From NCBI GenBank assembly GCA_902796355.1, contig CADBOU010000101.1, positions 1-55,672 of the forward strand: a stretch of 55,672 bases of DNA, in the 5' to 3' direction. Of this stretch, positions 1 through 9,287 are shown piece by piece (the stretch's first letter is position 1; every line of letters begins with the position of its first letter). The notes under the pieces were generated by a model. The model had not been told where the DNA came from and ran no database searches. It was given only the letters and a program-made list of their open reading frames with translations. The stretch comes from an uncultured Lachnospiraceae bacterium (GTDB taxonomy: Bacteria; Bacillota; Clostridia; Lachnospirales; Lachnospiraceae). The position numbers and the translations under genes were made by a program.

Positions 1-300
1 GGAAAGTCCGGGCTTCACAGGGCAGGATGCCGGATAACGTCCGGCGGAGGCGACTCCAGGGATAGTGCAACAGAAATAAACCGCCCGTCTTGATGGCGGG
101 TAAGGGTGGAAAGGCAGTGTAAGAGACTACCGCCCGGCCGGTGACGTCCGGGGCTCTGTAAACCCCATCCGAAGCAAGGCAGAGCAAAGCAATGCGGCGG
201 CCCGTCGTGCTTTGCGGTAGCCGCGATGAGCCTGGCCGGCAACGGCAGGCCAAGATAGATGACTGTTCATGACAGAACCCGGCTTATCGTCTTGCTTAAG
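1..300 (+). ncRNA. rnpB: RNase P RNA (bacterial type A), 5' end cut off by the window edge
   Basis: The window opens in the conserved P4 strand GGAAAGTCCGGGC. The 3' P4 strand ACAGAACCCGGCTTA lies at 272-286, and a hairpin terminator follows. The 75-aa minus-strand ORF at 15..242 lies inside the RNA and is discounted. Confidence 0.85.
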
Positions 301-302
301 TA

Positions 303-328
303 AAAAACCGGCCTTACAGGCCGGTTTT
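303..328. terminator. Bidirectional rho-independent terminator shared by rnpB (+) and rqcH (-)
   Basis: AAAAACCGGCC-ttaca-GGCCGGTTTT: a GC stem with an A-run on one side and a T-run on the other. It overlaps the rqcH stop codon (327-329). Confidence 0.6.
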
Positions 329-2063
329 ATTCTATGAGTTTTAAGCTTTCTACTGATGGCGGGACGGTAATCGAATAATTAGTATGATAAATGACATATC
401 CCGGATGCGAACCTGCCGGTTTTTTCACTTCTTTTCGCCTGACATAATCGACATCTACTTTAGCGGAAGATGACCCTCTTGAATAATATGCTGCTGCCGA
501 AGCCGCCTCGACATACAGACGGTCCGGAAGCTCGCTTTCTCCCCGTGTCAGAACAATCACATGAGAGCCGGGCATTTGTTTGGCATGAAACCACAGGTCT
601 TTGCCGCCTGCCAGCTTAAAAGTCAGTTCTTCATTTTGGAGATTGTTTTTTCCGACATAGATATCATATCCGTCAGAAGATAAATAATGCATTGGCTTTG
701 ATGCCTTGTTTTTCTTTTTGGTATGTCTTTTCCGGACATATCCAGCTGTTGATAATTCCTCGCGCAGTGCATCCAGATCAGCGTCGTTTGAAGCAATCGA
801 AAGAGCGCATAGAGCGGATTCAAGATAAGCTGCCTCCTGTGTTGTCTCTTTGATCTGCTCTGTGAGAGCATCACTGGTGCGTTTCATCTTTGCATATTTG
901 GCAAAGTATTTCTGAGCATTCTTTTGTGCAGTTTTCTGAGGGTCCAACGTAATGGTGACAGATTCCCCTGTTTCATAAGACTGAGCAGTCAGTTTTGTGT
1001 CGCCCGGGTTAATCTTATATGCATAGCTTTGAATCATCTCGCCGTATATGCGAAATTTGTCTTTCGCGGCAGTGTCATCCAGCTGTTTCTTCTGGATATG
1101 ATATTTCCGATTGGCTCTGTCCAGATGCGTTGTGATAATCTGCCTTAAATCCGATGACTTCTGGCGGATATATGTCTGCGAAGAGCGCTCGCTGTAAAAC
1201 TGCTCAAGCGCCTTTGATATGTCTGGAAAAAGCCGGATGGCATGATCGCTGTAAGTTGCGGGGATCAGTGCGCAGCAGTCTTTTGGCCGGTTGTTTTCAT
1301 AGCAGATACACGGATCAAACCGGCTGTTTTTCACACAGTCCATATATGTGCAGAACGCATCATATAAGGAACAGACCTGATCGCCGGAAAGATCTTTTGA
1401 AGGGAGTTTGTCATCCAATCCCGCCCGGTAGCAGATATCATAGGCTGATGCAGGTGAAATTCCGGCATAAGTCGATAAAAGAGCCTGAAAAACAGAACCC
1501 GGATGCTGGCTGATTACAGATTCAAAGGCTTGATCATTCTCTTCAAGGGGATTCTTCTTTGCCAGGCTCTCGGGGAGGAAGTATTCCCTTCCCGGCAGAA
1601 CTTCACGCAGAGAGCTGATATTTCCGGATACCGGCCTGATGGCGCCAAGTATGATGCCGGAGGATCCGACAAGAATCAAATTAGAGTATTTTCCCATCAT
1701 TTCTGCAACCAAAGTGACAGAATCCTGATCTTTCAGTTCTGTCAGATGCGAGAAGGTGAAATGAATAATACGCTCCATTGAAGGCTGCGATACAGAAAGC
1801 AGACGGCCTTTGCCAATATACTTGCGGAGCAGCATGCAGAAAGAAGGCGCCTTGAGTGGTGCCTGCATGGCTGTCTCAGTCTCATACAGATAAGGAAGTG
1901 AGGCGTTTGCGCTCAGGCTGAGGCGCTTTGTGCCGGAATGTGTTTTAAATGAAATCTGTATTAATTCGGATTCCGGCTGAATGATTTTTTCCACATAAGC
2001 ATCATCCAGATCAGCTTTAAACTGATGGACCAGAGCTGCAATTGTGATTCCGTCAAGAGCCAT
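327..2063 (-). CDS. rqcH: NFACT-family ribosome quality control protein (fibronectin-binding protein A / RqcH-like)
   Basis: 578-aa ORF. The N-terminus MALDGITIAALVHQFKADL resembles NFACT-N. There is a central coiled-coil region. The C-terminal DLWFHAKQMPGSHVIV matches the NFACT-R/DUF814 signature. Size matches the B. subtilis YloA/RqcH class. Confidence 0.8.
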   Translation of the reverse strand: MALDGITIAALVHQFKADLDDAYVEKIIQPESELIQISFKTHSGTKRLSLSANASLPYLYETETAMQAPLKAPSFCMLLRKYIGKGRLLSVSQPSMERIIHFTFSHLTELKDQDSVTLVAEMMGKYSNLILVGSSGIILGAIRPVSGNISSLREVLPGREYFLPESLAKKNPLEENDQAFESVISQHPGSVFQALLSTYAGISPASAYDICYRAGLDDKLPSKDLSGDQVCSLYDAFCTYMDCVKNSRFDPCICYENNRPKDCCALIPATYSDHAIRLFPDISKALEQFYSERSSQTYIRQKSSDLRQIITTHLDRANRKYHIQKKQLDDTAAKDKFRIYGEMIQSYAYKINPGDTKLTAQSYETGESVTITLDPQKTAQKNAQKYFAKYAKMKRTSDALTEQIKETTQEAAYLESALCALSIASNDADLDALREELSTAGYVRKRHTKKKNKASKPMHYLSSDGYDIYVGKNNLQNEELTFKLAGGKDLWFHAKQMPGSHVIVLTRGESELPDRLYVEAASAAAYYSRGSSSAKVDVDYVRRKEVKKPAGSHPGYVIYHTNYSITVPPSVESLKLIE

Positions 2064-2139
2064 TGATAACCTCCGTATGAAAAGTATTTTACAATAAAAT
2101 CGACTGCATTAAAAGACTATATCAGTACGAGCTGTCATC

Positions 2140-2168
2140 TTGACAAAAAGATTTTTGAGCCATAGAAT
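2140..2168 (+). promoter_or_regulatory. Putative sigma-A promoter of rny
   Basis: TTGACA (2140-2145), 17-nt spacer, TAGAAT (2163-2168), about 50 nt upstream of the rny start. Confidence 0.45.
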
Positions 2169-2218
2169 AATCTTTGAAGGTTTTTTGCAACTTTACAATT
2201 TCATAAGGAGGTGCTCCT

Positions 2219-3778
2219 GTGCAGACAATTTTAGGAGTTGTTCTGGCAGTGGCAGTAGTAGCTCTCATCGCAACAGCGTTGATCGTTCGTGCGCTTACAA
2301 TTTCCAGCCTCAAAAGGGATGCAGATTCTGAGATCGGAAATGCTAAAAAGAAAGCGCGCGAGATTATTGATGATGCTGTTAAAGAGCGGGATGAGAAAAT
2401 TCGGGAAGCAAGACTTGAGATTAAAGAAGAGTCTATCAAAAGCAAAAACGAATTGGAAAAAGAATCCCGTGAGCGCAGACAGGAGTTAAAAGCTCAGGAA
2501 CGACGGATCGAATCAAAAGAGGAGGCTGTCGATAAGAAGCTGGATGCTCTTGAGACGAGAGAAAAGCAATGTCAGAACAGAGAAGCCAACCTGCAGCGGC
2601 GCGAAGCAGCCGTGAAAGAGTTGACTGCTAAACGGGTACAGGAACTGGAACGAATCTCCGGATTAACCTCCGATCAGGCAAAAGAACAATTATTACAATC
2701 TGTTGAAGAAGATGTCAAACTTGACATGGCCAAGATGATCAAGGAACAGGAGACTCTGGCCAGAGAAGAGGCGGATAAAAACGCCAAGGAATGCCTTGTT
2801 ACGGCAATTCAGCGCTGTGCTGCTGATCACGTTGCCGAATCCACTATTTCGGTTGTGCAGCTTCCCAGCGATGAAATGAAAGGCCGCATTATCGGCCGTG
2901 AAGGCCGCAATATCCGCGCTCTGGAAAGCCTTTCCGGTGTTGAACTGATCATCGATGATACACCGGATGCGGTTGTCTTGTCAGCGTTTGATCCGGTGCG
3001 CAGAGAGATTGCCCGGATCGCACTTGAAAAACTGATCGTGGACGGACGCATTCACCCGGCACGGATCGAGGAGATGCTGGCCAAAGCCAAAAAAGAAGTT
3101 GAGACATCGATCAAAGAAGCCGGTGAAGAAGCTGCCCTTGAAGTGGGCGTTCACGGTATTCATCCTGAGCTGATCAAACTGCTTGGCCGCATGAAATACC
3201 GTTTCAGCTTCGGACAGAATGCTCTCAAGCATTCTGTTGAAGTGGCACAGCTTTCCGGTATTCTTGCCGGCGAGATCGGATTAGATGTGCGCCAGGCCAA
3301 GAGAGCAGGTCTTCTGCATGATATCGGTAAATCAATCGATCATGAGGTTGAAGGATCTCATATTTCGATCGGTGCTGATTTGTGCCGGAAGTATAAAGAA
3401 TCGCCGCTCATTATCAACGCGGTTGAAGCGCATCATGGCGATGTGGAGCCTGAATCGCTGATTGCCTGTATTGTCCAGGCAGCTGATGCGATATCTGCAG
3501 CGCGTCCAGGTGCGCGAAGAGAAGCTTTAGAGACATATACAAACAGATTGAAAGAATTGGAAGAAATTGCCGATCATTATACCGGGGTTGAAAAGTCATT
3601 TGCTGTTCAGGCAGGACGGGAGATTCGGGTTATGGTAGTTCCTGAGCAGGTCTCCGATGCGGACATGGTCATCATGGCCCGCAACATCTCGAAAGAGATA
3701 GAAGACTCGCTCGATTATCCGGGACAGATAAAAGTAAATGTCATCCGGGAATCAAGAGTAACCGATTATGCAAAATAA
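2219..3778 (+). CDS. rny: Ribonuclease Y
   Basis: GTG start 7 nt after AAGGAGG. N-terminal TM helix ([20 protein letters not shown]), a long K/E-rich coiled coil, a KH domain ([15 protein letters not shown]) and an HD domain (GLLHDIGK ... EAHHGD). 519 aa. Confidence 0.95.
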   Translation: MQTILGVVLAVAVVALIATALIVRALTISSLKRDADSEIGNAKKKAREIIDDAVKERDEKIREARLEIKEESIKSKNELEKESRERRQELKAQERRIESKEEAVDKKLDALETREKQCQNREANLQRREAAVKELTAKRVQELERISGLTSDQAKEQLLQSVEEDVKLDMAKMIKEQETLAREEADKNAKECLVTAIQRCAADHVAESTISVVQLPSDEMKGRIIGREGRNIRALESLSGVELIIDDTPDAVVLSAFDPVRREIARIALEKLIVDGRIHPARIEEMLAKAKKEVETSIKEAGEEAALEVGVHGIHPELIKLLGRMKYRFSFGQNALKHSVEVAQLSGILAGEIGLDVRQAKRAGLLHDIGKSIDHEVEGSHISIGADLCRKYKESPLIINAVEAHHGDVEPESLIACIVQAADAISAARPGARREALETYTNRLKELEEIADHYTGVEKSFAVQAGREIRVMVVPEQVSDADMVIMARNISKEIEDSLDYPGQIKVNVIRESRVTDYAK

Positions 3779-3789
3779 AATTAATGGGG

Positions 3790-3828
3790 AAAAACAGCTG
3801 TTGCGCTTTTTGCGCAGCAGCTGTTTTT
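3790..3828 (+). terminator. rho-independent terminator after rny
   Basis: AAAAACAGCTGTTGCGC-tttt-tGCGCAGCAGCTGTTTTT: a 12-bp stem with one G-U pair, followed by a T-run. Confidence 0.7.
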
Positions 3829-4037
3829 ATTATGTTTGATACTTTCACAGCAGGTAAGGTTAATGTAAGGTTCAGGCTCATTGACTAATGCGGTATAGAG
3901 ATGTTATGTTAATTACATACAAGATAGCGTAATATTAGGTTTTTCCACTGAAAGGAGAACAGACCATTGTACTGAGTAAGAACGTTATGATCGAGGTTTG
4001 GTTTTAGCGTAAAATGACTATTTGCGAGGAAAATCAT

Positions 4038-4829
4038 ATGGCTTTGTTGGAAACTAAAAAAATCTCAATTAATTTTGGCGGGTTATGGGCCGTCAAAGAC
4101 GTTGATTTTAACGTGGAGGCCAATAAAATCGTCGGATTGATCGGACCGAATGGTTCCGGAAAGACCACATTCCTGAATATCATCAGTGGTATATACGGAA
4201 GATATAAGGGGACATCCGGAGAAGTTTATCTTAACGGTGAACAGATTCTCGGCCTGAAACCGTATGAAGTCTATAAGAAAGGTATGTCGCGTACTTATCA
4301 GTCCAGCCGTCTGTGTTGGGAGCAGAGTGTTGCTGACAACCTCCTGGTAGGCTGTTATACGTCACAGGACTATACTCTGGCTGATGCTATTTTCCGTCCC
4401 AGGAAGGTCAATAATGCGATTTATGATGAACTTGATCGGGCATTAGATCTATTGTCCACATTCAATCCGAAACTGGTTGACCGCCGTTATGATCTGGCTA
4501 AGAACATTCCGCATATTGACAGACGACGCATTGAGATTACCAGAGCCCTTCTGAGCAATCCTAAACTGCTGCTCTTAGACGAGCCGACCGCCGGTTTGAA
4601 CGACGAAGAGACAATGACCATGATGGATGAGATCAAGATGGTCAAAGAAAAGATGAAAGGATCTGCTGTTATCATTATTGAGCATGATATGCAGGTTATG
4701 GAACGTGTTCCGGATTCTATTGTCGTCTTCAATGCTGGTGAAAAGATTGCAGAAGGCACATATCAGGAAATCATCAATGATCAGGATGTTATTGATGCCT
4801 ATATCGGAGGAGGTGACGAAGATGAGTGA
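4038..4829 (+). CDS. livG: Branched-chain-amino-acid-type (HAAT family) ABC transporter ATP-binding protein, LivG-like
   Basis: Walker A GPNGSGKTT and Walker B LLLLDEPTAGL. ATG 4038 sits behind GAGGA with 7-nt spacing and is preferred over the track start at 4014, which has no SD. Confidence 0.85.
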   Translation: MALLETKKISINFGGLWAVKDVDFNVEANKIVGLIGPNGSGKTTFLNIISGIYGRYKGTSGEVYLNGEQILGLKPYEVYKKGMSRTYQSSRLCWEQSVADNLLVGCYTSQDYTLADAIFRPRKVNNAIYDELDRALDLLSTFNPKLVDRRYDLAKNIPHIDRRRIEITRALLSNPKLLLLDEPTAGLNDEETMTMMDEIKMVKEKMKGSAVIIIEHDMQVMERVPDSIVVFNAGEKIAEGTYQEIINDQDVIDAYIGGGDEDE

Positions 4830-5544
4830 ACAAACTGCTCTGCTTGAAGTTAACAATCTTTACACATCTTACGGCCGTATTCCGATGCTCCTGGATGTCT
4901 CTTTCCGGCTGCGCGAGGGCGAAATCTGTACAATCCTCGGTGCAAATGGAGCAGGAAAGACGACTCTGGTCAAGGCAATTATAGGTATGGTCAAGGCGGA
5001 TCAGGGAACAATACAGTTCCAGGACGAGGACATCACAAGTATGCCGACTCATAAGAGAATAGAGAAAGGCATCCAGGTTGCTGCTGCTGAAGTGGGAACA
5101 TTCCCCAAGATGACTGTCGAAAAGAATCTGAGACTCGGAGCTTACAATATTAAGGATCAGAAACTTCTCAGTGAAAGACTTGAGGAAGCGTATGAATCAT
5201 TCCCGGTTCTGAAGGACAGGCTCCAGCAGAAAGCCGGCACGTTGTCGGGAGGTGAGAGAACCATGCTTGCTCTCGCCAGAGCGTATATCAATAAGCCGGC
5301 ACTTTTGATCATGGATGAACCATCTCTTGGATTGGCACCGATCGTCGTCGACGAAGTGTTCAGAATTGTGAGAAGGCTCAATCAAGAGAATGACATGTCA
5401 ATCATGTTAGTCGAACAGAATGTTGTAAAATCGCTTGGTGTATCGGATTATGGATACATTATCCAGAAGGGACAGATCATCTTCCAGGGTGATCCAGATC
5501 AGATTCACGAGAGCGGTATCCTTGATAATCCGGTTATGTCATAG
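4822..5544 (+). CDS. livF: HAAT-family ABC transporter ATP-binding protein, LivF-like
   Basis: Walker A GANGAGKTT, signature LSGGE, Walker B LLIMDEPSLGLAP. ATG 4822 sits behind GGAGGAGG and overlaps the livG stop (ATGAGTGA). The track start at 4678 lies inside livG. Confidence 0.85.
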   Translation: MSEQTALLEVNNLYTSYGRIPMLLDVSFRLREGEICTILGANGAGKTTLVKAIIGMVKADQGTIQFQDEDITSMPTHKRIEKGIQVAAAEVGTFPKMTVEKNLRLGAYNIKDQKLLSERLEEAYESFPVLKDRLQQKAGTLSGGERTMLALARAYINKPALLIMDEPSLGLAPIVVDEVFRIVRRLNQENDMSIMLVEQNVVKSLGVSDYGYIIQKGQIIFQGDPDQIHESGILDNPVMS

Positions 5545-5559
5545 CGAAGGAGGAGTAAA

Positions 5560-6762
5560 ATGAAAAAAAGAATTTTAGCAATTGGTGTAACTGTATGTAT
5601 GATTGCAGGTATGGTTCTGACTGGCTGCGGCGGCAGTGGCGGCAGCGGCGGTTCATCAGGCGGCGACGGCAAAGTCGTGAAGCTTGGTTTCCTTTCTCCG
5701 ATTACAGGTGCTAACGCAGCAGAAGGTGCTGCAGCACGTAACGCATTCCAGATGGCTATTGATCAGGCAAACGAGTCTGGCGATTATGATTATAAAATCG
5801 AAGTCATTGAGATCGATGACAAGTCTGATCCGTCCACCGGTGTGGCAGGTGCACAGAAGATCGTTTCCGATCCGGATGTCGTGGCGGCAACAGGCCATTG
5901 GAACAGCGGTGTTGCTGAGGCAACGATTCCTGTTTTCAAAGAGGCTGAGATTCCGATGCTGATTTGGGGTGCTATTGCATCTGACCTGACAAGCAAAGAC
6001 AACTATCCGTGGATCACCCGCTCCGCTCCGACAGATGTGCAGGAAAACGTTCCGCTTGCAAAGGCTGTACTGGATGATATGGGATATGAGAAAGTCTTCA
6101 TTATCTCCGATACAACATCCTATGGACAGGGCAACTCCAAAGCTTTCAAGGCTGAGTTGGCAGATCGCGGCCTGAAGGAAGTTGGATTTGAGGAAGTGCA
6201 GGAAGGTACAGTTGATTTCCGTGCAATTCTGACAAAGGTTAAGAGCTCAGGCGCTGACTGCGTATACTGGGGCGGCGTTGTAACTGAGGGATCTCTGTTG
6301 AAGCAGCAGATGTATGAAGAGGGCGTTAACGCTCTGTTCTGCGGTATCTCTGGTAACTATTCAGAAGACTTCCTGAAGATTCCGGCTGAGGCAGCTGAGG
6401 GCGCTCTGGTCGTGAAACCCGGCATCGTTCTTGACTCCACAGAGGACGGCAAGAAGTTTATCGAAGATTATGAGGCAGCCGGCTTCTCAGAGCCGATCGG
6501 CGCTTACACACCGTATGCGTACACAGCAGCTGAGATTCTTCTTCAGGCGCTGAAAGAGTGCGGCGATGATGTCACACCTGAAGCTATGCGTGATGCGATT
6601 GCAAACGGATCATTCGACGGTATTATGGGAACGACAACATTTGATGACATCGGACAGACAGAACTTGTCGCAGCTTATCTGAACGTTGTTCAGGATGGCA
6701 AGTGGACAGTCTATGATGACTCTGAGTATGCTGACGGAACACGTACATTCGGCGGCAAATAA
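5560..6762 (+). CDS. ABC transporter substrate-binding lipoprotein (type-1 periplasmic binding fold, Leu/Ile/Val-binding family)
   Basis: Signal peptide with lipobox LTGC, followed by a Gly/Ser linker (GGSGGSGGSSGGDG). 400 aa. Positioned inside the liv-type operon. Confidence 0.85.
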   Translation: MKKRILAIGVTVCMIAGMVLTGCGGSGGSGGSSGGDGKVVKLGFLSPITGANAAEGAAARNAFQMAIDQANESGDYDYKIEVIEIDDKSDPSTGVAGAQKIVSDPDVVAATGHWNSGVAEATIPVFKEAEIPMLIWGAIASDLTSKDNYPWITRSAPTDVQENVPLAKAVLDDMGYEKVFIISDTTSYGQGNSKAFKAELADRGLKEVGFEEVQEGTVDFRAILTKVKSSGADCVYWGGVVTEGSLLKQQMYEEGVNALFCGISGNYSEDFLKIPAEAAEGALVVKPGIVLDSTEDGKKFIEDYEAAGFSEPIGAYTPYAYTAAEILLQALKECGDDVTPEAMRDAIANGSFDGIMGTTTFDDIGQTELVAAYLNVVQDGKWTVYDDSEYADGTRTFGGK

Positions 6763-6805
6763 ATCAGCTATAAGGCTGTAAGATTTTCCAAGCTTTAATA
6801 TAGAA

Positions 6806-6838
6806 CGGCGTCCCGGGCCTTCCGGGCGCGGGACGCCG
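6806..6838 (+). promoter_or_regulatory. GC-rich intra-operon stem-loop after the binding-protein gene (attenuator / mRNA stabiliser candidate)
   Basis: CGGCGTCCCG ... CGGGACGCCG forms a 10-bp perfect stem. No T-run follows. It lies 44 nt after the SBP stop and 37 nt before livH. Confidence 0.4.
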
Positions 6839-6874
6839 CTCTAGTGTAGTTCGAAACGAAAGGAGATAGTCCTG

Positions 6875-7840
6875 ATGAGTAGATTCGGGAACTTATTAAT
6901 GAGTGCTATCCTTTGCGGGTGTACATACACACTTGTCGCTATCGGATATTGTCTCTTTTTCGGTGTCCTCGATGTGGTCGTTTTCTGTTGCGGTGATATT
7001 GCTATTTTCGGTGCGTTTTCCATCATAGGAGCGTTCACGATTATCTGGTCAGCCGGTGTATTTCAAGCAGTGCCGACCGTTGTTGCAGTATTAATTCTGC
7101 TGATTGTCGCCTCGATCCTTTGTGCAGTTCTCGGCCTGATTACCTATCGTATATCGGTTAAGCCGTTTGAGAAATCATCAGCACTGATGCCGCTTCTTTC
7201 TACTATCGCCCTGGGCGTTGTGATTAAAGAAGTGCTTGGTCTGATTTTCCAACCCGTTATCAATAGTATGGCAACTTCAGTTGTCAGGGTAGACGATCCA
7301 AAGACGGTCGTCGGAGGACGTAATCCACAGTCGATGCCGCAGCTGATTGCAGCGGGCGGTTCAACGCTGACACGTAATTTGATTATTATCGTCGTGGTCG
7401 CTCTGATTCTTCTGGCGTTGTTCTTCTTCCTTAACAAGACGAAGCTGGGTCTTTCAATGCAGGCTATTTCGCAAAACAAAGAATTAGCCCTGATGACCGG
7501 TGTCAATGTCAAGAGCGCAATTCGCTGGACATTCATTATTGGTGGAGTGCTGCTCGCAATCGGAGGATTCCTCCTCGGCAACTATCAGACTATTATCAGG
7601 TTCGATGGTGGTACGATGTACGGCACAAAAGGTTTTGCGGCCGCAGTTGTTGGAGGACTCAAGAGCACCTGGGGTGCAGTTATTGGCGGTATGCTTCTAG
7701 GCTTTGTAGAGGTATTTACAGCCGGGCTGGTACCCGGAGGCACCAAATTCCAGAACGTCATTGCATTCATCGTTGTTATCATCTTCATCGTCTTCAAGCC
7801 TGAAGGTATTATCGGCGAGAAGATTGCTGAAAAAGTATGA
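6875..7840 (+). CDS. livH: HAAT-family ABC transporter permease, LivH-like
   Basis: 321-aa polytopic membrane protein behind AAAGGAG. Operon context. Confidence 0.85.
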   Translation: MSRFGNLLMSAILCGCTYTLVAIGYCLFFGVLDVVVFCCGDIAIFGAFSIIGAFTIIWSAGVFQAVPTVVAVLILLIVASILCAVLGLITYRISVKPFEKSSALMPLLSTIALGVVIKEVLGLIFQPVINSMATSVVRVDDPKTVVGGRNPQSMPQLIAAGGSTLTRNLIIIVVVALILLALFFFLNKTKLGLSMQAISQNKELALMTGVNVKSAIRWTFIIGGVLLAIGGFLLGNYQTIIRFDGGTMYGTKGFAAAVVGGLKSTWGAVIGGMLLGFVEVFTAGLVPGGTKFQNVIAFIVVIIFIVFKPEGIIGEKIAEKV

Positions 7841-7875
7841 CGGACAAGATGTGACAGGATGGGAAGGTGAGCACT

Positions 7876-9105
7876 ATGAAAAACAAAAAATTATTAGATT
7901 CACCGTTTGCAGTTATTTTCTGTAATATCGTCTTATTCCTGCTGGTTTATTTCATAGTCACATCAGATTATGTTTTAAGTCTGGCAATTATGGCGGTTGT
8001 TATTGTTGCAATTCTGCTTGTGAATCGGATCAATTTAGTCAACAAGATTTTTGACCTGTATGTCAAGTATAAGAAGACAGCTTTAATCTCAGGACTGGTA
8101 CTGGGAATCTTGTATCCGTTCAGCCTGACAGATAATGTCTATGTTGCGCATATAGCGACATTGGCTGTCATATATGGAATTGCCTGTCTGGGCTTGAACT
8201 TCCAGATGGGTTCGACCGACATGACAAACTTTGCACCGGCTGCATTCATGGGAATCGGTGCGTACAGTGTGGCAATAGCGTCAGTTAAAATGGGCCTTTC
8301 TCCCTGGCTTGGCATGTTGGGCGGAGTCCTCTTATCCGGATTGTTCGGTTTCCTGATCGGACTGCCGACACTGAAGACAAAAGGATATTATCTCTCGTTG
8401 GTGACGATGGCCATTCAGCTGGCGTTTACCGAGCTTGTCAGAATCTGGCCGTACGTCGGCGGAGATGATGGTATTTCCGGTATTGAGCGCTACAAACTGT
8501 TTGGATTTGAATTGTATAAGAGATATACAATTTTTGGGATCAGGATGTCGCCGCAGATTCCGTATTTACTGTTATGCATCGCATTCCTGGTTTTATGCAC
8601 CTATATTGCCATGCGTGTGTATTTCTCAAGAACCGGCATTGCAATGAACACAGTAGCACAGGATGAAATTGCTGCTGACTGTCTTGGAATTAATGTATCG
8701 AGAACAAAACTTTTTGCATTTGTTATTGGCGGGATGTACTGCGGTCTTGCCGGAACGCTTTTTGCCGGACTTGAAGCATATGCAGGCCCTGCGACATACA
8801 ACTTCCAGAAATCGCTGATGCTGATCTGTATGGTCATTCTCGGTGGTATGGACAATTCTATCGGTGTCGTTCTTGGAGCATTCATACTTGCTATCATCAC
8901 AGAAAAACTTCGTGATTTTGCAGATTTCCAGCAGTTAATCTATGGTGCGATTCTGGTTATCATGCTGATCGTCCGTCCGGATGGTATCATTCCATGGCGT
9001 GTACGCAACCACGATTTGATTACGAGACGTAAACCTAAAGTGATTGAGAAACTCGGAGTGTCAACCAATATTGCTGAAAAAGCTGAGCTTAAGAGTGAAG
9101 TGTAA
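7876..9105 (+). CDS. livM: HAAT-family ABC transporter permease, LivM-like
   Basis: Polytopic membrane protein. ATG 7876 lies 8 nt after GGAAGG and is preferred to GTG 7867. Confidence 0.8.
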   Translation: MKNKKLLDSPFAVIFCNIVLFLLVYFIVTSDYVLSLAIMAVVIVAILLVNRINLVNKIFDLYVKYKKTALISGLVLGILYPFSLTDNVYVAHIATLAVIYGIACLGLNFQMGSTDMTNFAPAAFMGIGAYSVAIASVKMGLSPWLGMLGGVLLSGLFGFLIGLPTLKTKGYYLSLVTMAIQLAFTELVRIWPYVGGDDGISGIERYKLFGFELYKRYTIFGIRMSPQIPYLLLCIAFLVLCTYIAMRVYFSRTGIAMNTVAQDEIAADCLGINVSRTKLFAFVIGGMYCGLAGTLFAGLEAYAGPATYNFQKSLMLICMVILGGMDNSIGVVLGAFILAIITEKLRDFADFQQLIYGAILVIMLIVRPDGIIPWRVRNHDLITRRKPKVIEKLGVSTNIAEKAELKSEV

Positions 9106-9139
9106 TCCTCATCGTTTTGTGTTGATGAGTTTCGTGTCA

Positions 9140-9169
9140 GGGCAGCAGACTGTAACAGGTCTGTTGCCC
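9140..9169 (+). terminator. Terminator-like hairpin after the liv-type operon
   Basis: GGGCAGCAGAC-loop-GTCTGTTGCCC: an 11-bp stem with one G-U pair. The downstream tract is only moderately T-rich. Confidence 0.5.
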
Positions 9170-9200
9170 ATTACTTTATGAAAGCTTTATGATTTATATC

Positions 9201-9229
9201 TTGTACCACTCTCGAGGATAAGATATAAT
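9201..9229 (+). promoter_or_regulatory. Putative sigma-A promoter of the aminotransferase gene
   Basis: TTGTAC (9201-9206), 17 nt, TATAAT (9224-9229). Confidence 0.45.
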
Positions 9230-9287
9230 CAAAAAGGTGTTTTTTTGATAAATGTTTCACACGAAACGAAAGGAGAGTACATTAAAA

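Noticed and set aside
15-242. 75-aa minus-strand ORF at the left edge of the window
   Set aside because: It lies entirely inside the RNase P RNA, has no SD, and its GC-rich translation is the kind expected from structured RNA.
3829-4037. Leader of about 200 nt upstream of livG, containing an orphan SD-like GAAAGGAGAA (3951-3960) and a 6-codon mini-ORF (3987-4007). I considered a T-box, a riboswitch or a leader-peptide attenuator.
   Set aside because: I could find no T-box consensus (AGGGTGGTACCGCG-like) and no specifier or antiterminator architecture. The mini-ORF is 27 nt from the SD-like element and contains no run of regulatory codons. The weak promoter TTGACT-18-TATGTT (3881-3910) is the only element I could see, and I did not list it as a feature.
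4678-4821. N-terminal extensions in the ORF track. This one is on livF. Others are 4014 (livG), 7867 (livM), 9252 (aspC), 12347 (iscU), 16457 (pgk), 20225 (gpmI), 25855 (Mo subunit), 42857 (pyrH), 44891 (cdsA), 45731 (dxr), 51248 (Hsp70-like) and 53266 (purB).
   Set aside because: In each case an internal start sits at proper spacing behind a clear Shine-Dalgarno sequence and reproduces the family-typical N-terminus. The extensions overlap the upstream gene, a terminator or the SD itself.
5625-5670. GGC/AGC-rich imperfect trinucleotide repeat, considered as a possible slippage-prone or contingency repeat
   Set aside because: It encodes the Gly/Ser linker directly after the lipobox Cys of the binding protein. 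The repeat units are imperfect, so phase variation is unlikely.
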